Assembly (NCBI GenBank): GCA_904063045.1
Contig: CAJFCJ010000013.1
Coordinates: 473,954 to 537,953 of the forward strand
Origin: Dimorphilus gyrociliatus
Lineage: Eukaryota; Animalia; Annelida
DNA length: 64,000 nt
Direction of reading: 5' to 3'
A program made the position numbers and the translations under genes. Under the pieces are notes generated by a model. It worked only from the letters and a program-made list of their open reading frames with translations. It was not told the origin of the DNA and ran no database searches. Positions 26,601 through 41,161 of this stretch are shown piece after piece (position 1 is the stretch's first letter; every line of letters starts with the position of its first letter).

Positions 26601-29600
26601 TTGAATAATCAGCATCAGAAAACCGATTACTTTCTGCTCCTTTTGGTGCTTCGAATATTGAAATGGAATATACTAAAACCATTATAGTCCATCCAGACAT
26701 CATATCTATAGATACGAAAGTCAAGCAGGTAGCCTGTGGGCTTTATCACTCAGGGTTGTTATTAGAGACGAAAGAAGTAATGACTTTCGGAGGAAATTCA
26801 ATGGGGCAATTAGGTTTGGGTGACTTAATAAATAGAGACACCCCTACAAAAGCAAGGTAAGGAAATAGAACTTCAATTTTAAATCTTTTATAATCTCATT
26901 CTCACACTTTAGATTACAAAGTGAGATATCGTATCTTTCTACCGGAAATAATCATACCGCTCTCTTGAGTGTCAATGGATGCATCTATACTGCTGGGAGT
27001 AACTCTGTTAATATTCTTACTTTAAGTATTTCATTCTATATAATAAAAATCTATACTTTTTAGAAAGGTCAGCTTGGACGAAAGTTGAACTCAGATAAAA
27101 AATATTCAACTGAATTTCAAAAAATTCCAGGAATAGGTATTGGGATTCTATAGATTAGTAATTTTTTTCTAAACAAAATCTAACTAATTCTTAGGGGATA
27201 ATAATAATACAAAAGCAACAAGAATTAAAGCAAGCTCCGATGCAACTTTTCTTCAAATAGAAGAGTCTCTTATTAATTGCGAAGTTTTAATGCACTGTGA
27301 AGTATTTGCTACCAATACATCAATTGGTAAGATCTTAACAATTTTCATTACATTTCTATAAAATTTCTAATACATTTATATTTTTTAAGGTATAATACCT
27401 CCTATATATGAAGACCAATGTATGATGATGGTAAAAAAGAGCAGCGGAAGATGCCGAATTTTCCGTGGTGAACACCAATTAAATTTAGCGAATAGCACTA
27501 TTTGTGGTGATCCTGTATACGACGTATTGTATACGTGAGTCGGAATATCCTATAATCGGAATGTTCTAATAGATAAATTATTTTTTTTCAGATATAATTG
27601 GAAGAATAAAATTCTTTGCCAATTAAATAGTTTACTATCGGATGACATTTGTAACGAAACAAATTATAGTCTCTTAAATTCTCTAACATGTCCTGAAAGA
27701 TTGCTCAGCTTTAAGAGTGAATCAACAGTTAATGAACATAATGTTGCTTTACTCATTCTTGCATGTATTGATATTACAAGCAGAAGGAGTGATAGTCCTT
27801 CGATAAATGACTCTCCAATAGAATTTCATGATGGAGTTAAAAATGTAACCCGATATTCTAAAGAGGATTATAATGTTGTCGACAGGTTGGTAGCCATTTT
27901 TAGACAAAATGATTGGGGGCTAATGACTATTTTCAATTAGATTTGATCATCATGGTGTTGGCTGGGGATACTCAAATAATGCTGTAGAAGCCATTCGTTT
28001 TATGGCAGATCGAGATATATTACTTGGTGGCTTTGGATTATTTGGTGGAAGAGGAGAATATTTGGCAAGAATAAAGGTTACTCAATTCTGTTTATGAAGT
28101 AGGTCGTGTTTATTTTATGTCAATTAATTCTTATAGCTAATTGAACTTGGTATGGATGGTGGAGAAAATGAAATAAATGGGGAAATCCTTGCCACTGGAA
28201 ATTTCTTATATGAATGTTCTCCACGGTACACTAAAATTTAGTTAAAATTGGTCCAAAAATCATCTTTTTTTGTAACTTCAGATCAAAATTCCCTGCCTTA
28301 TTCGAGGAGCCTGTTTTATGTACCGCAGGGTGCTGGTATGTTGCCGTTGCCTCCATTTCGGGACCAAGTAGTGATTGTGGTTCTTGTGGATATTCATCTG
28401 TAAAGATAAACGAACAAGTTCCGTAAGTTGTCTTATGTTAATATTTAATATAAAGAATGTTAAAAAAATTTTTTATTTTTAATAAACAGAATCAATTTCA
28501 AGTTTAAGAACTCCAAAAAATCAAACAATGGTACAGACGTTAATTCTGGGCAAATACCACAAATATTTTACAAGTTGTACTCAAACTCGAACTCTTGTAA
28601 TGTCGTTAAAGTTTCGTCTTTTGACAGACTTGTAACACCAGAAATTTATGGAAATAATCAAGCTTCAACAATTGCAAGTGGAGACCTCGTTTCCATTGTA
28701 TCATCCAACATAGCAACTCTTACTTCTGATGTATGTAGTTAAATTAGAACAATTATTTTATTAATTTATGAAAACTTTTGCAGCTCTGCATTGAATCTCT
28801 CTTAAAGCTATTGCAGTGGAGTTGGGCAGCATTTTGTTGTAAAGCCCCTGAAATTGCAACTATAAGTGTATGTCAAAAGTAGTAAGATAACTTGAAAATG
28901 TTTATAAAAATTTATTGTAAAAAAATAGGGAATTGGCTATTTAGAAGGAGAAGCAGAACTGCGAAAATTAGTCTTCATTGCATCTTCATCTATTAGATTA
29001 TTATCAAAATATGTTCAAAAGAACTCAAACAAAACATCCGCTCTATCGGATGCTGGTCGCATTTTGCGACGCATTTTGACAGAGAGTACAGCAAGAGTCA
29101 AGTAAGTCAATTACACAGAGTTATTAACAGTAAAATATTTACATAAAAGTTAGAAAAAAATAGTAGTGTGGTTTGATTATTAACACAGATGGTTGCCTTT
29201 TGGAGTAGATGGTTCATTAGGTCCTCTAAAATTACTAACATCATTACTTGATCACTGTCATGATGCTTGGGTGCAATGTTTTTCTTCTTTCTTTCCGACC
29301 CCTCAAAGAATGTGGCATTGCTTGTGTGAACTGCTAGGGTCATTTGATTCGGTATACTGCCTTATTCTTTCTTACTTATGTTACCTATATTTGGACCAAA
29401 GTTTATAATTCTCATCTATTTCTGATCACAGAGACAGGGTGAAAGTGGTTTGGGTAACTCTATTCTGCTTTCTGCTGTTTTCAAAGCCCTATGTGAAGGA
29501 CCTGTACGATTAACCAGTATATTCCCTTTCTATGGAGGATGTGATACTCCTGATATTCAACAGTCGTTATGGCAGAGTGATTCCAGTACTAGTCAGCAAG

Positions 29601-32600
29601 AAGCTCTAAATCTCTCAGATTATGGTCAACATGCTCGGAGCCCACCAGATCTCATGATATCATCTTATTGCTATAGTTTTAAAGAAGTTTTAGACAGGAT
29701 TTTATCAATAGCTTCATATCCAGTTGTTTGCGTAAGTCACAAATCATTCAGTATGTGAATATGTAAAAATAAATACCTATTTACAGTTACTAAAACAAGA
29801 ATCGTGCACATTACCCGATTCTTTAATAGTCAATGCTTGCTCTCTACTACAATGTTTGATGTCTGATTTTGTTATTTCTGCAAATGCTTTACAGGTAAGA
29901 AATCAAAATTATTTTTACATTCCTTTATTAATATTTTTCAAACGTTCTAAAGGATGAAGAAACCGGTGTTAATCCAAAGACTCATCCAGTTCTCATCTCA
30001 CCTAGTCGATTTACCAGAACAAGTATTACTTCATATTGGTCAACAGGTAATGGCAATGCCGAGGCAATCTGCTTTGCCGTAGATAGATCAGGAATCTGCA
30101 TAGCTGGTGCCTGCGTATACGGAGGTATAAATTACACTCTAAAAGAACTATTATAAATCGAATATCATTTTAAGGGGGGTCCTCTAATAATGGTGGTTCG
30201 CAACAATTTGAGTATGAATTGGAACTTCTTGAAGACGTTGATCCTGGTGCAGGAGATAAATGGCAGCTCATAGCCTACAGCACAGGATCTTTTACAAATG
30301 ACGATTGTATAAATGATATTTTTCAAATACGATTTGATAAAATCGTTCTTATCAAAGTAAAATTTTTATATTATCTTTTTCTTATTTTTATTAATTCACT
30401 ATTTTTTTTTTAGGAGAATTTTAAATATGCCCTAAGATTTCGCAATAGAGGTCCTCGAACAGTTCACGGTGACCAAGGTGTTACCCAAGTTCGCTGTCCA
30501 GATAATACAATTTTCTCATTTTCGGCCTGTCCTTTATCCAGCAATGGAACAAATCATATCCGAGGACAAATTCCTCAAATCCTTTATTGTATTTCATCAA
30601 ATGAATCTGATTCTAGAATGCAAAGCTCAAAGCTCATAGCTGAACATAGTGCAAAACGAGATGTAATGAACATTTGCCTTGCAGTTATTACTTTAGCAAA
30701 ATCATTGCTGAGTAAGGCACAAATCTTAACTGGTATAAAATCGTATTTTTAAATATATATGAAATTATCATTTTCTTTTACAGATATCAATCATTTCAAA
30801 AAATTGGCGTCCTTACATTTTTTCAACTCTCTTATGCCAGTTATATTAGCTCATATTGGACCAATAGCTATGAATGATATTCATAATGCAGTTTTTTTAC
30901 TTAATGCTATGAAATGCTTTCTACCAGTTGTAGTGGATTTGAACAAAAGACGAACGTCTCTGGTAAATGGTAATTTACAAGAATCACCCAACAAGAATCG
31001 TGTTGCTGGACCTACTGATACTTCAAATCCATATAAATGTTCAACTATAGTTGAAAGTAGCCATCCTTACAAACCAGCAAGCATTAATCACTACACAGTA
31101 AAGTTTGAAAGCTCTATTAAATGGATGAGTGTTGAATTTGATGAAGAATGTTCAACTGCTCAGCCTGAGGATATATTACGAATATTTATCCCACCAAAAA
31201 AAGACAATTCTCAACCAGTTGAAGTAGGTCAATTCTCCAGTGAAAATGGCTTTCCTCGTGTTGCTTTATTATTTCCTGGAAACGAACTTTGGTTTTGTTT
31301 AAATTCCGTCTCAGAGAAAGCTAAATCTGATCAATCTGATTATTATGGTTTTAAATGTGTTGTTATGGGGTATGATTGCTGTAAAGAAAATGGATTAGCC
31401 CAATTGGAAAACGAATGCTGCTACCTCAGTTCTCTATGTGCATCATCGTTATTATCTAGGCAGTTAGTTCTCCCTCCATCTACAATTGGTGAGCATGATA
31501 CAGATATGAAGAATATAGAAGAACAGGGAAGCATGACTTTCACTGAGCAATGGAAACTACTTAGAGGGGGGCTATCTTTACCTCGACTTCCAACAGCTCA
31601 ACAGGCAATAGAGGGTATATTACCAGCGAGTCAACCATCAAATGAAAATGATTTTCTTCAAGATTTTGTCTCTTGTACTGCCGGAACCTCAGGTGGTCGT
31701 TTGGCTGATTGGCTTCAATCAGAAAGAAGAATAGATCCATCGAAATGCTCTATTATTGTGGTTGGCTCTAACCTTAGGTATAATGTACCCGCCACACTAA
31801 AAGTTATAACAAACGACCAATATGGTCAAAGAGTACTCAAATATGAGGTAAAAGTAGACATTGAAGTACTACCAGTTGGAAATAGCGTTAAATCTCGTCC
31901 AATTGGTCTCTCCGAGCCTGAATTGCACATTCAAAGGCCTCATTACGTTCCTTTCAAACCTATTTTCTGCATAACCTCCAGAAATGTCGTATACCATTCA
32001 ATATCTATGATGAAAGAATATGATGATTATTCTTTCGAAGAACTTCGGTACCTTTTACCAGAAGATACAACGAACAGTGGAGATACTCTGCGTGTGAAGA
32101 AAGTAATTGATGGACTGTATACTTGTCAATGGATTCCTCCAACTCCAGGATGTTACGAGCTGAAGTTGATGATTGATAATAAATCAAATGGAGAAGTACT
32201 ACGAGTGACTGTTGAAGACTCACCGGGTAATCATATTGTATTTGTTAATCCACCTAAGCAAATAAGAAAACCATGCATAAGAGGGCGAATATTTACAGAA
32301 AAGTGTTCAGCTGGTTTGAGGTGAGCTTTCTATATCATAAAAATAATTTGTAAGTTTAACATAAAACTTTCTCTAAGGATTCGATCTCAGCCATCTTTAC
32401 AAGCTGAACAAATTGGAATAGTAAAACCAGCAGGTGTTATTTACTACTTTAATGAAGTAAGCATTTAGTTTAATGAAGTAAAAATATGAAATGTTATATA
32501 TAAATATATTTACATATATTAGTTAATATTTATATTTCTTTCATCTGTTTAGATTTGCAATAATGATGGAGTTTGGGTTAGGTTAACTGCTAAATCAATA

Positions 32601-35600
32601 AACGAATGGTGTCCTGACACGGTAGGACTTAGACGAGATCTCTTACCCGAAGCCTGGGTTCTCCAATATCATGCTCATCTTGAAAGAACATTCCTTTTAC
32701 CGATCAAATCTGTAGAAAATGATCATCCATCACAAAGCAAAGAAAATATTAGAATAATGAGAGTCGATAGGAAATGTCTATTGAAAGTTGAGCCTAGTCG
32801 TGGTGCTCAAAGTGTTGGGGTTTTATATCCCAATGAAACAGTTATAATTATCACTCAGAAGGATCTTCCCGATGGAGAAGTTTGGCTTAAAGTTAAATTT
32901 GAAAAAAAATTAAATAACAGACCTTCAAGTTCTTGGCTATTACTAAAAGATAATCAAAAAATATATGCTTCTGATATATCTGGGGGAGAGAAAAGAATTG
33001 GTGAAACAAATCAAGAAACCGACTCCTTGCCATTGATTCCTTTTGATATAGCATCGCCCAGTTGTAAAAATCCAACAGAAACAACTATTTCAAGGCAAAA
33101 TGAACCTATAGCAAAAGGCCTGAAAGATCTGATAAATGCTGTTGGAGAAAGTCGAGCCAATGGCAACGGTAAAACGCCCCCGAGAACGCCTCCACCGACT
33201 CCCAAAAAAACTCAAGCCAAAAAACGATCTCCCATAGACGATGTATCTCGCAATCGATCCACTAGTCACTCCCCCACGTCATCTCCTTTGTATGTACTAC
33301 GAAAAAAGTCGTCTAATACAACTGATGGATCTTCAAAAATTGAAAAGACTAATTTTTGTAATGCAAGTGATATTTTACTTCCATCTTTGGCTGAATGTGC
33401 TCGAACTGTTTTCGCTGCAATTCTTCTTCATGAGGGAATAGTTCACGATGCTATGACATGCGCTACTTACTTGAAATTTCATACAGACTTGACGAAAACT
33501 GATATTCTTAAACTAAGCAACTTGACAGATCCAGATCATGAAACTGAATACCCAGCAACTTTAAGATATACAGTCGGATTGTGGTCAAAAGTATCTGGTC
33601 ATATTTATAATGTGGTTAAGAACCATCCAGAAAAAGTAATAATACCATGTATTCCTCAATCAAAAGCAGAGACTAGTACCAATGAAAAAGAAACAGTTTG
33701 TGAACTATGCCTTCAAGTGGTTGAAAGACCCCCTTCCTCTCACATGAGGCAAGAACATCCAGGATGCGGAAAACCATGTGGTGGCTTTGGCTTTAATAGC
33801 TCTGGTGTTTATTGTAATGGTTGGTCTGGATCATGTGGTGAAGGTGGTTCAGGAGGTAGTACTTGGTACTTAATGTGCTATCAGTGCTTTGCAAAATATT
33901 TGCGAGATAGAACCGAAAAAATGGACGGTGAAGAAAAGCGTGTCGCAGTAAAACCTATTCCATGCATTTTAGAACAGAAAACTGATTTATCCTTTCAAGA
34001 AGTTATTCGCCGCAATGCAAACTTTTTATTGCAACTTAGTCCCTCATTTTCAGCAGCTACAGACGTTATGGATATGACAGAGGCTTTTATTACTTCAAAT
34101 TTTTCATACGTTGATGCTTCGGCTACTAAATGGCAGGACAAAGGACAAAAATTAGTAAAAGGTTTAAGTCGATCACAATTTGGACCAACCAGCGGATCCT
34201 TGAATGAGATGGAGCCACAAGGGTTTAGGTCTTTAAGATCACCTGCTCAAGAAAAAGCTATAGACTCGTCAAATGACCCTTCTATTCTTCATAGAAGTAT
34301 TTCAGAAGCTACGTCTAATCAAGAAGCTATCAACAAGTCTGGTCGTAAAAGAGCTCAAAGTACTGGAGTTGCGTATTCTTCCAAAGATAAAATTATGATA
34401 CATCAGCCTTCTCCTGCTCTTGTAAAGCTTTTCATGAATTGTCAGGATAACATTGATCATGATCCTGTTGTAATATTTGTGAAGAGTAAGCAAAACGTAG
34501 ATTTATTAGAAATGGCCTGCAAGCAAGCTATTAGAAAGGCTGCTTGTAAAGTTTTTGCTCTTCAGGCCTTCGATTGGCTTTTAAAAATTGCAACACAGTC
34601 TTCGTGCATACATGACGTTCTTTGGTCTTTTATCGCCGCGTTATCACCTATTGGTGAAAATGGAAGCAAACTAACTCCCCCTCCTCCAGGTTCGTTTGCT
34701 GGGAAAAATCCTGTTCGAGACATCGAAATAGCTGGCTTGGCCAGTGGTTGCGTATCAAGATTACTACAACGTTTTCTGCAGGATGTTGCTGATCTCATTA
34801 CTCATCTATCACCGTCTTCATCAATTCAGATGATGGCTATTAGATGTTTTTCAATCGATTTCTATCAGCAGGATCATGCATTCCTCCACAAGTGTCGTAT
34901 TTTCAACAGAATTGATGAAATTTTGTCCAAGTCTGAAAGTTTAGGGGATCTACAGAATTGGAGACATCACGATGCTCATCATAACTCTTACGTATCTAAC
35001 TTTATTGAACTGAAGATTGAAAGTATAACCGTCTCAAGTAGACCAGCGATGTTATCCAGTCTTACAGATAATAGCACAGAAACTTTTTGGGAAAGCGGTG
35101 AAGAGGACAAGAACAAAGCTGTAAAGACAATTATTGTATTTTCCGAATCAAAAATTAATAGAGCTCTCATATACGTTGATAATGTTAAGGATAACTGTAA
35201 CAGATTGGCTCAGGCAACTTTCTATGGCAATTTCTCTCAATCAAATATTGAAAAAATGCTTTCAACTGAAGTGGATAACAAATTTAGTGGTTGGATAGCT
35301 GCAAATATATTACCCCCTTGCACGTCCGTTAAGATTGATCTAAAAAGTGTTGATGCAACAGTAAGAATTAGACAAGTGAAAATTTTAACGGAGCAAGTTA
35401 TGACCGATATCACGTCCTCTAGTATGATAAGTCTGCAGCAAAACTTGTGTGAGAATGAAACACTGAAGATATTTAGACAGCTGACATCTCAGGTTCTTGG
35501 TCAATTATTTAAAGAAAAGCATTCTGGAGACGACTCTATTGATTTAAGAGATCATATGCTGGGTATCCTTTTCTCCCGACCCAAATTGAGCCAGATGCAA

Positions 35601-37565
35601 CAGGAAATTTGTGCTCACATTATGAGATCAATACGCAAAGAAACTGAAAAATTGAACTGCGATACGTACTGCAACGAACTAATCTCAATGCTGTTGGCTT
35701 TAAGCAGTTCCATGGTTGGCAGAGCTTATCTATCCCAACAACACAACTTGATTCACGATCTTCTTTTATTATTTCATGGATTTTCTGGAAGGGTTCAGAA
35801 ACAAATATTAAAGCTCTTAAAGCGCGTCTTCTATCTTCTGACTCCTAAAGCTTTTGCTGAAGTTATAAAAATCAGAGAGTTGCCTCCTGATGATTTTACC
35901 AGCTTGTTAGCTTCAGAAAATCTTCTTTCTCAAGCGCCTAAACTACTAGACTGTCTGCTTTCGATCGTGGCAAAGTCTTTAAAAGTCCAATATCGAGTTA
36001 AAGGACAAGGACAAAGGATGGCGGCTAAATTTGTGTCTTTCCAGGAATGTGTCGAAATATCTGATCATGAATGGTGGTTGAAAGGACACTCTGATCCGTC
36101 ATTAAGTAAAGAAACGATTATATTCATTGAGAATCTCGCAAAAGGTGCCATAACTGAAGAATGGGCGAGAATAACAAATGCTTGTTTAGCGCAGTCAACC
36201 TTAGCTCTAATGACCGCAACTGAAACTGATAGGAACCATGAAGACTATATGAAATCATCGACATTTTGGTTGGCACTTGCTGCTTTATCAATTTTACAAC
36301 AAGAACATGCAGCTAAATTGACATCGTCGGCGAATAGAAAAACGGCTTGCGATAATCATGACGACGGAGAAACAAGAGCCATTTTAGAATGCAATACCTG
36401 CGGCTACTTGTGTGCCGATTGCGACAGATTCTTACACATGAGTAGAAAGTCTCGATCTCATTTGCGAAATGTTTTCAAAGAAGAAAAGGAATCAATTCGA
36501 GTTGATTTACACGAAGGCTGTAGACGAATAAAACTATTCTGGCTAATGGCAACCGCAGATTCTTCCACAGGCAATGTTATATTGGAATTTCGACAACATA
36601 ATTTGTCAACATCGGGCGTTTGTAGGTTTTGCTCGAGCCCCGCAGCTATGTCATCGGCAGTTGGAAATGTATGTGACGATCAGGATTGCAAGAGACATGC
36701 AGAAACAGCATGTACGAAACAGCTAATTTGTGGTCATATGTGTCAAGGTGTAGCGGAAGAACTTGACTGTCCGCCGTGTCTCAGCGGTTGTGGTGGCTCA
36801 AAACTCAAGCAAGATGGCGATGACATGTGCATGATTTGCTTTAGTGAGCCATTGTCGGCAGCTCCAGTTTTACATTTAGAATGTGGTCATGTATTTCACT
36901 TTCATTGCTGTGAGGAGGTCTTAAGAAAGCGTTGGATCGGACCAAGAGTAACTTTTGGATTCATTCTCTGTCCAATTTGTAAACGACGAATCAACCATCC
37001 GAAATTGCTACCATTGACAAAACCAATAATTGAACTTTACCAAGATGTTGAACGTAAAGCGCTGATGCGATTAGATTATGAAGGTTTCGATAAAAAGGAA
37101 ATGAATGATACTAAAGATGTAGCCATATTTGCTATGAACAGATACGCTTATTACGTATGTTCTAAGTGTGAAAAGGCTTATTTTGGAGGTGAAGCTCGAT
37201 GTGATGAAGCATTACATCTTAACGACGATTTTAACCCTGAAGAACTAGTCTGTGGAGCCTGCTCTGACGTAGCGATGGCTCAAATGTGTCCTCGTCATGG
37301 CTCTGATTATTTAGAATATAAATGTAGATATTGTTGTAGCGTTGCAGTATTCTTCTGCTTTGGGACAACCCACTTTTGCAATATGTGCCACGAAGATTTT
37401 CAAAGATTAACAGGTATATCGAAAGAGTTGTTAGCCAAATGTCCTGCTGGTCCGAAATCTATTCAATTGGATGGAACCGATTGTCCGCTTAAAGTAGAAC
37501 ATCCCCCTACTGGTCAAGAATATGCCCTAGGCTGTGGTATTTGCAGAAATGCTCATACATTTTAA
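23668..37565 (+). CDS. MYCBP2: PHR-family RING-Cys-relay E3 ligase (MYCBP2/Highwire/RPM-1)
   Basis: RCC1-like repeats (VALGKAHT, GYNHKGQCG), two PHR domains (SKKSNNGTDVNSGQIPQI; LSSNGTNHIRGQIPQI), DOC/APC10-like TETFWESGEED, B-box, RING-H2 (CMICF..CGHVFHFHC..CPIC) and tandem-cysteine domain with both relay cysteines (EARC, FFCFG), ending CRNAHTF. Confidence 0.97.
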
Positions 37566-37814
37566 GGGATCAAAAACGTTTAAAAAATTGTAATATATCG
37601 GTTCTTAAAGAAAAATAAATTCTATACGAACTTAAACAGTTTATTATTATAATCACTCACTCACTTATAAATTACCCATAAATTACTCTATAAATGTTAG
37701 AGAAAAGCTCTATATGTATACATTTATGAACAAACAAATTTATAATTAACAAGTTAAAAAGAAATATAAAGACCAAGAGCAGTTCTACCCATTCCTTTAT
37801 CTGTTAAACTATCT

Positions 37815-40448
37815 TCAGTCGTCAGGTAATGGAATATCTGGTATAATAACCCCATCCGCCAATTCACTACCCGATGAAAGATTTCTGAAAATAAACGTAC
37901 ATGAATAACATTTCTATATTTGCGAAAAGTTCAATTTACATACCCATCATTTACATAACCTCTTCCTGCTTTATCTTTTCCGTATCGCCTATCTCTTTCG
38001 ACATCAGATTCATCATTATCATTAGAATTTGAGGATCGACATCGCCGTCTATGGGAAGTTTTGTTATAACTTTTAGAACGGCTTCTTGATCCACTGCTTG
38101 AACTACTACTGGATCTGCCTCTGGATCTCTTCCATGATCTTCGTCGAGACCGGCTGTTTGATCTGGAGGAGGGTCTTCGTCTAGATATACTTCTCGATCG
38201 ACTCCGTTTTCTTTCAGATGATCTGGAATTGTAATTTTTATTGTTTCTCGATAAATTTGGTGATCTTGATTTGCGCCTGCTTTGATATCGATCTTTTGAA
38301 CGGTCTATCGATCTACTTTTGTCAGTTGATCTTCTTGAAATTCTTCCTCTCTGTCTTCCGCTGTCCAATGAATGACTCCTTGATCTCCTTGAGGTAAACG
38401 GTGATCGTCTTCGCTCAAACTCTCTGGAGCGATTTCTTTCTCGTGACCTACCATATCGATAACGGCGATCATTACCACGATTTTTACTTCTAGATCTCGA
38501 TCTACTTTCTGATCTTGAAGCTTTACGTCTATCATCACGATCCTGTCTCTCCCTGGAGGAATTTTTATTCGACATTCTAGAAGTGTAACGTCTTTCAGCA
38601 TTTTCGGATGGAACTCCAGTAGATATTTTCTTTGCTTGCTGGCTGTCAAGGCTTCGTGATCTGCTCCTCTCCCTTTTCTTCTTGGGGGATTCGGACCTGT
38701 TTTTATCCGATCGAACGGTTTTCTCCGGTTGCGGTTTACAGTCATCAGAGTGATGTTTTGGGGATTGAGATCTATCTCTGTCAGAGAATAATCTTCTCGA
38801 GGGAGATGCTTCATGTTTTTTTGAAGTTGATCCTCTACTTTCTGAGCGACTACTCCGAGAATGGGACGACGATGAATTATCTCTAAACCTATCCATCTTA
38901 TCACTATATCGTCCAGATTGTCTTTCCGATACCTTTCGATCAGGCGATCTATCATTTTCTGATTGCCTCCGGCGATCTCGCCAACGGTTCGGAGATCTTG
39001 ATCGCCTAGAACCATTTCTGCTACGATCATTTCGAGGAGCAGGTTGACGCCTCGGCTCGGTTTTCCATCTGAGATCATCGCTCGGTCTAGACTCATTTCT
39101 GCTTGGGCTATGTGTATTATATTTTCGAATCTCTCTTTTCCAATATGGTGGAGTTTGACTTCTAGATCTGGATGATCTTCTATAGCGTAATACTCCGTGG
39201 CCTTTAACAACTGTCCCATCACGATTGCATCTTCGCGGGCGTAGAACAGTATCTTTATTCAATTTTTTTTCAGACGTTTCATTTTTATCATCTCTATCTC
39301 TTAGGAAATTCGTCGATCCCCCATCAGGTATTTCTTCAGGTCGAACAGTAGAAAAATGCTGATTATCCTCGTCGTCTTTCTCCGACTCTTCGGATTCATC
39401 ACTTTCATCTTTATCCTTCTTCTTTTTCTTTTTCTTCTTCTTCTTTTTCTCTTTCTTTTCCTTTTTCTTCTTCTTCTTCTCTTTTTCTTTTTCCTTGCAT
39501 TTATCTTTCTTTTTTTTTTTCTCTATTTAATTCAAAAGTCAACAGCGGAAAATGTTAGAAAATAATATTAAAAACAAACAAATGCACTAATTAAAGTTTA
39601 AAATATTTACATACTTTCTTTTATTTCCCCACAGTCCGCTACAGTAACGTTAACCAAAGGTTTATCTTTACTATCTGTTTCCACGCCCTCAATTAGTTTA
39701 ACAACTTTTTCACCTTCGATAACTCGTCCAAAGACAACGTGTTTTCTAATAAGATCAATTAACTAAGGTTAATGATTAAATTAGCATTTACTAAAAATGA
39801 CCTACCCATTCAAGTGTGGAGTTGGCACAGTGGTTCTATGAAAGAGTAAAAGGAGAAAAAAAGATGAGTTTATTGAGATTCAAACAATACCAGAATTTAT
39901 TAAATATTACATGAAAAATTGAGATCCATTCGTATCTTTTCCTTTATTCGCCATACAAAGTAAATAAGGTTGGTCTAACCTCTCCGAAAGATCTTCATCT
40001 GAAAATAATATTAAAATACAGACTTTTCAGATAATAAGATAATGCTGTTAGAACAACCTTCGAAAGTTCCACCGTATATTGATTCACCACCAGTTCCATT
40101 CATATTTCCGAAATCTCCACCCTGGATCATAAAATCTTTTATAACGCGGTGAAAAATGCATCCTTTGTAATGTAATGGTTTTTGAAATCTTCGACTAAAT
40201 CCAGAGTCCCCTACAAATGAAAAATATTATTCTAATGTTACATTCTTCAGAAGGGATATCTGATTACCATTACAAAGCGCCATAAAATTTTCTACTGTCT
40301 TAGGGCATCTCTTGGCATCCAGTTCAATTACTATGCGACCAACTGTTATTGAAATTCGATTAATATACAGTATAATAGAAAGGTTTAGTTATTTACGTTT
40401 ATCATTGCCAGCAGTTATATCCAAAAAAGCTTTTGGCTTTTCAATCAT
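37815..40448 (-). CDS. PPIG: Cyclophilin G-type PPIase with poly-Lys and long RS domain
   Basis: Motifs [35 protein letters not shown] and PHLNG..HVVFG, a K/E-rich linker and an RS-rich exon (ORF 37931..39262). A short final exon probably ends at 37815. Confidence 0.92.
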
Positions 40449-41161
40449 CTTGATAAAATTTAATAAAATTATATTTTATTAAAATTTGGGTATATTTGTT
40501 TTACGTTAACTTTAAACAAATTGCCCTTCAATTTTCTATTATTCTCCAAATATAAAACTTATATTAGAAGATTAACTATCAACATCGTAGAAGTAAACTA
40601 CAAAATTTTGAAGCGGTGCCACAAGCAGAGCGAAAATATGCGCAGGAATAAGTGTCTATATCCGGTTTTTAACTTCCGCCAAGCTGACTCGCACAGAATA
40701 GTTTTCAAAAAAAATAATTAAATAAATGGGTACTAATTATAAAAATAAAATTTATAAAAATATAAAAAATATAATAACTATAAATATAATAAATTTTTTA
40801 ATTTATACTAAATAAGAAAGACTAAAAATGTTTGTGTCTACATATTACTACATTTGTTGCCTAGTAATCCCTCCACTAAATAAGTAAAAGTAAATTTAAT
40901 TGAAAATCTAAAGTTATAATCTATAAGAGACTTTTGATTTACTGGATACTTTTCTTTTCTCCTAAATGTCTACTGTATCAAGAGTGTCTATAACTTACTG
41001 ATAGTCTTTTGTATATTATTTTCAAAATAATAACAATCGTGCAGTATCAAGCAAACAACTATAATTAAATTAATAATATCTGCAGTTTTATTATTAATAT
41101 ATTAATATAAAAATGATCTTGTTGAGTTTTGATTAGATTAAGAAATTTTTTTCCAATATTT

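Noticed and set aside
38305-39222. 305-aa alternative-frame ORF overlapping the PPIG RS exon
   Set aside because: RS-repeat codon usage depletes stops in the shifted frame; no recognisable domain or independent start context.
39356-39565. Very hydrophobic plus-strand ORF
   Set aside because: Antisense of the PPIG poly-Lys/Glu exon.
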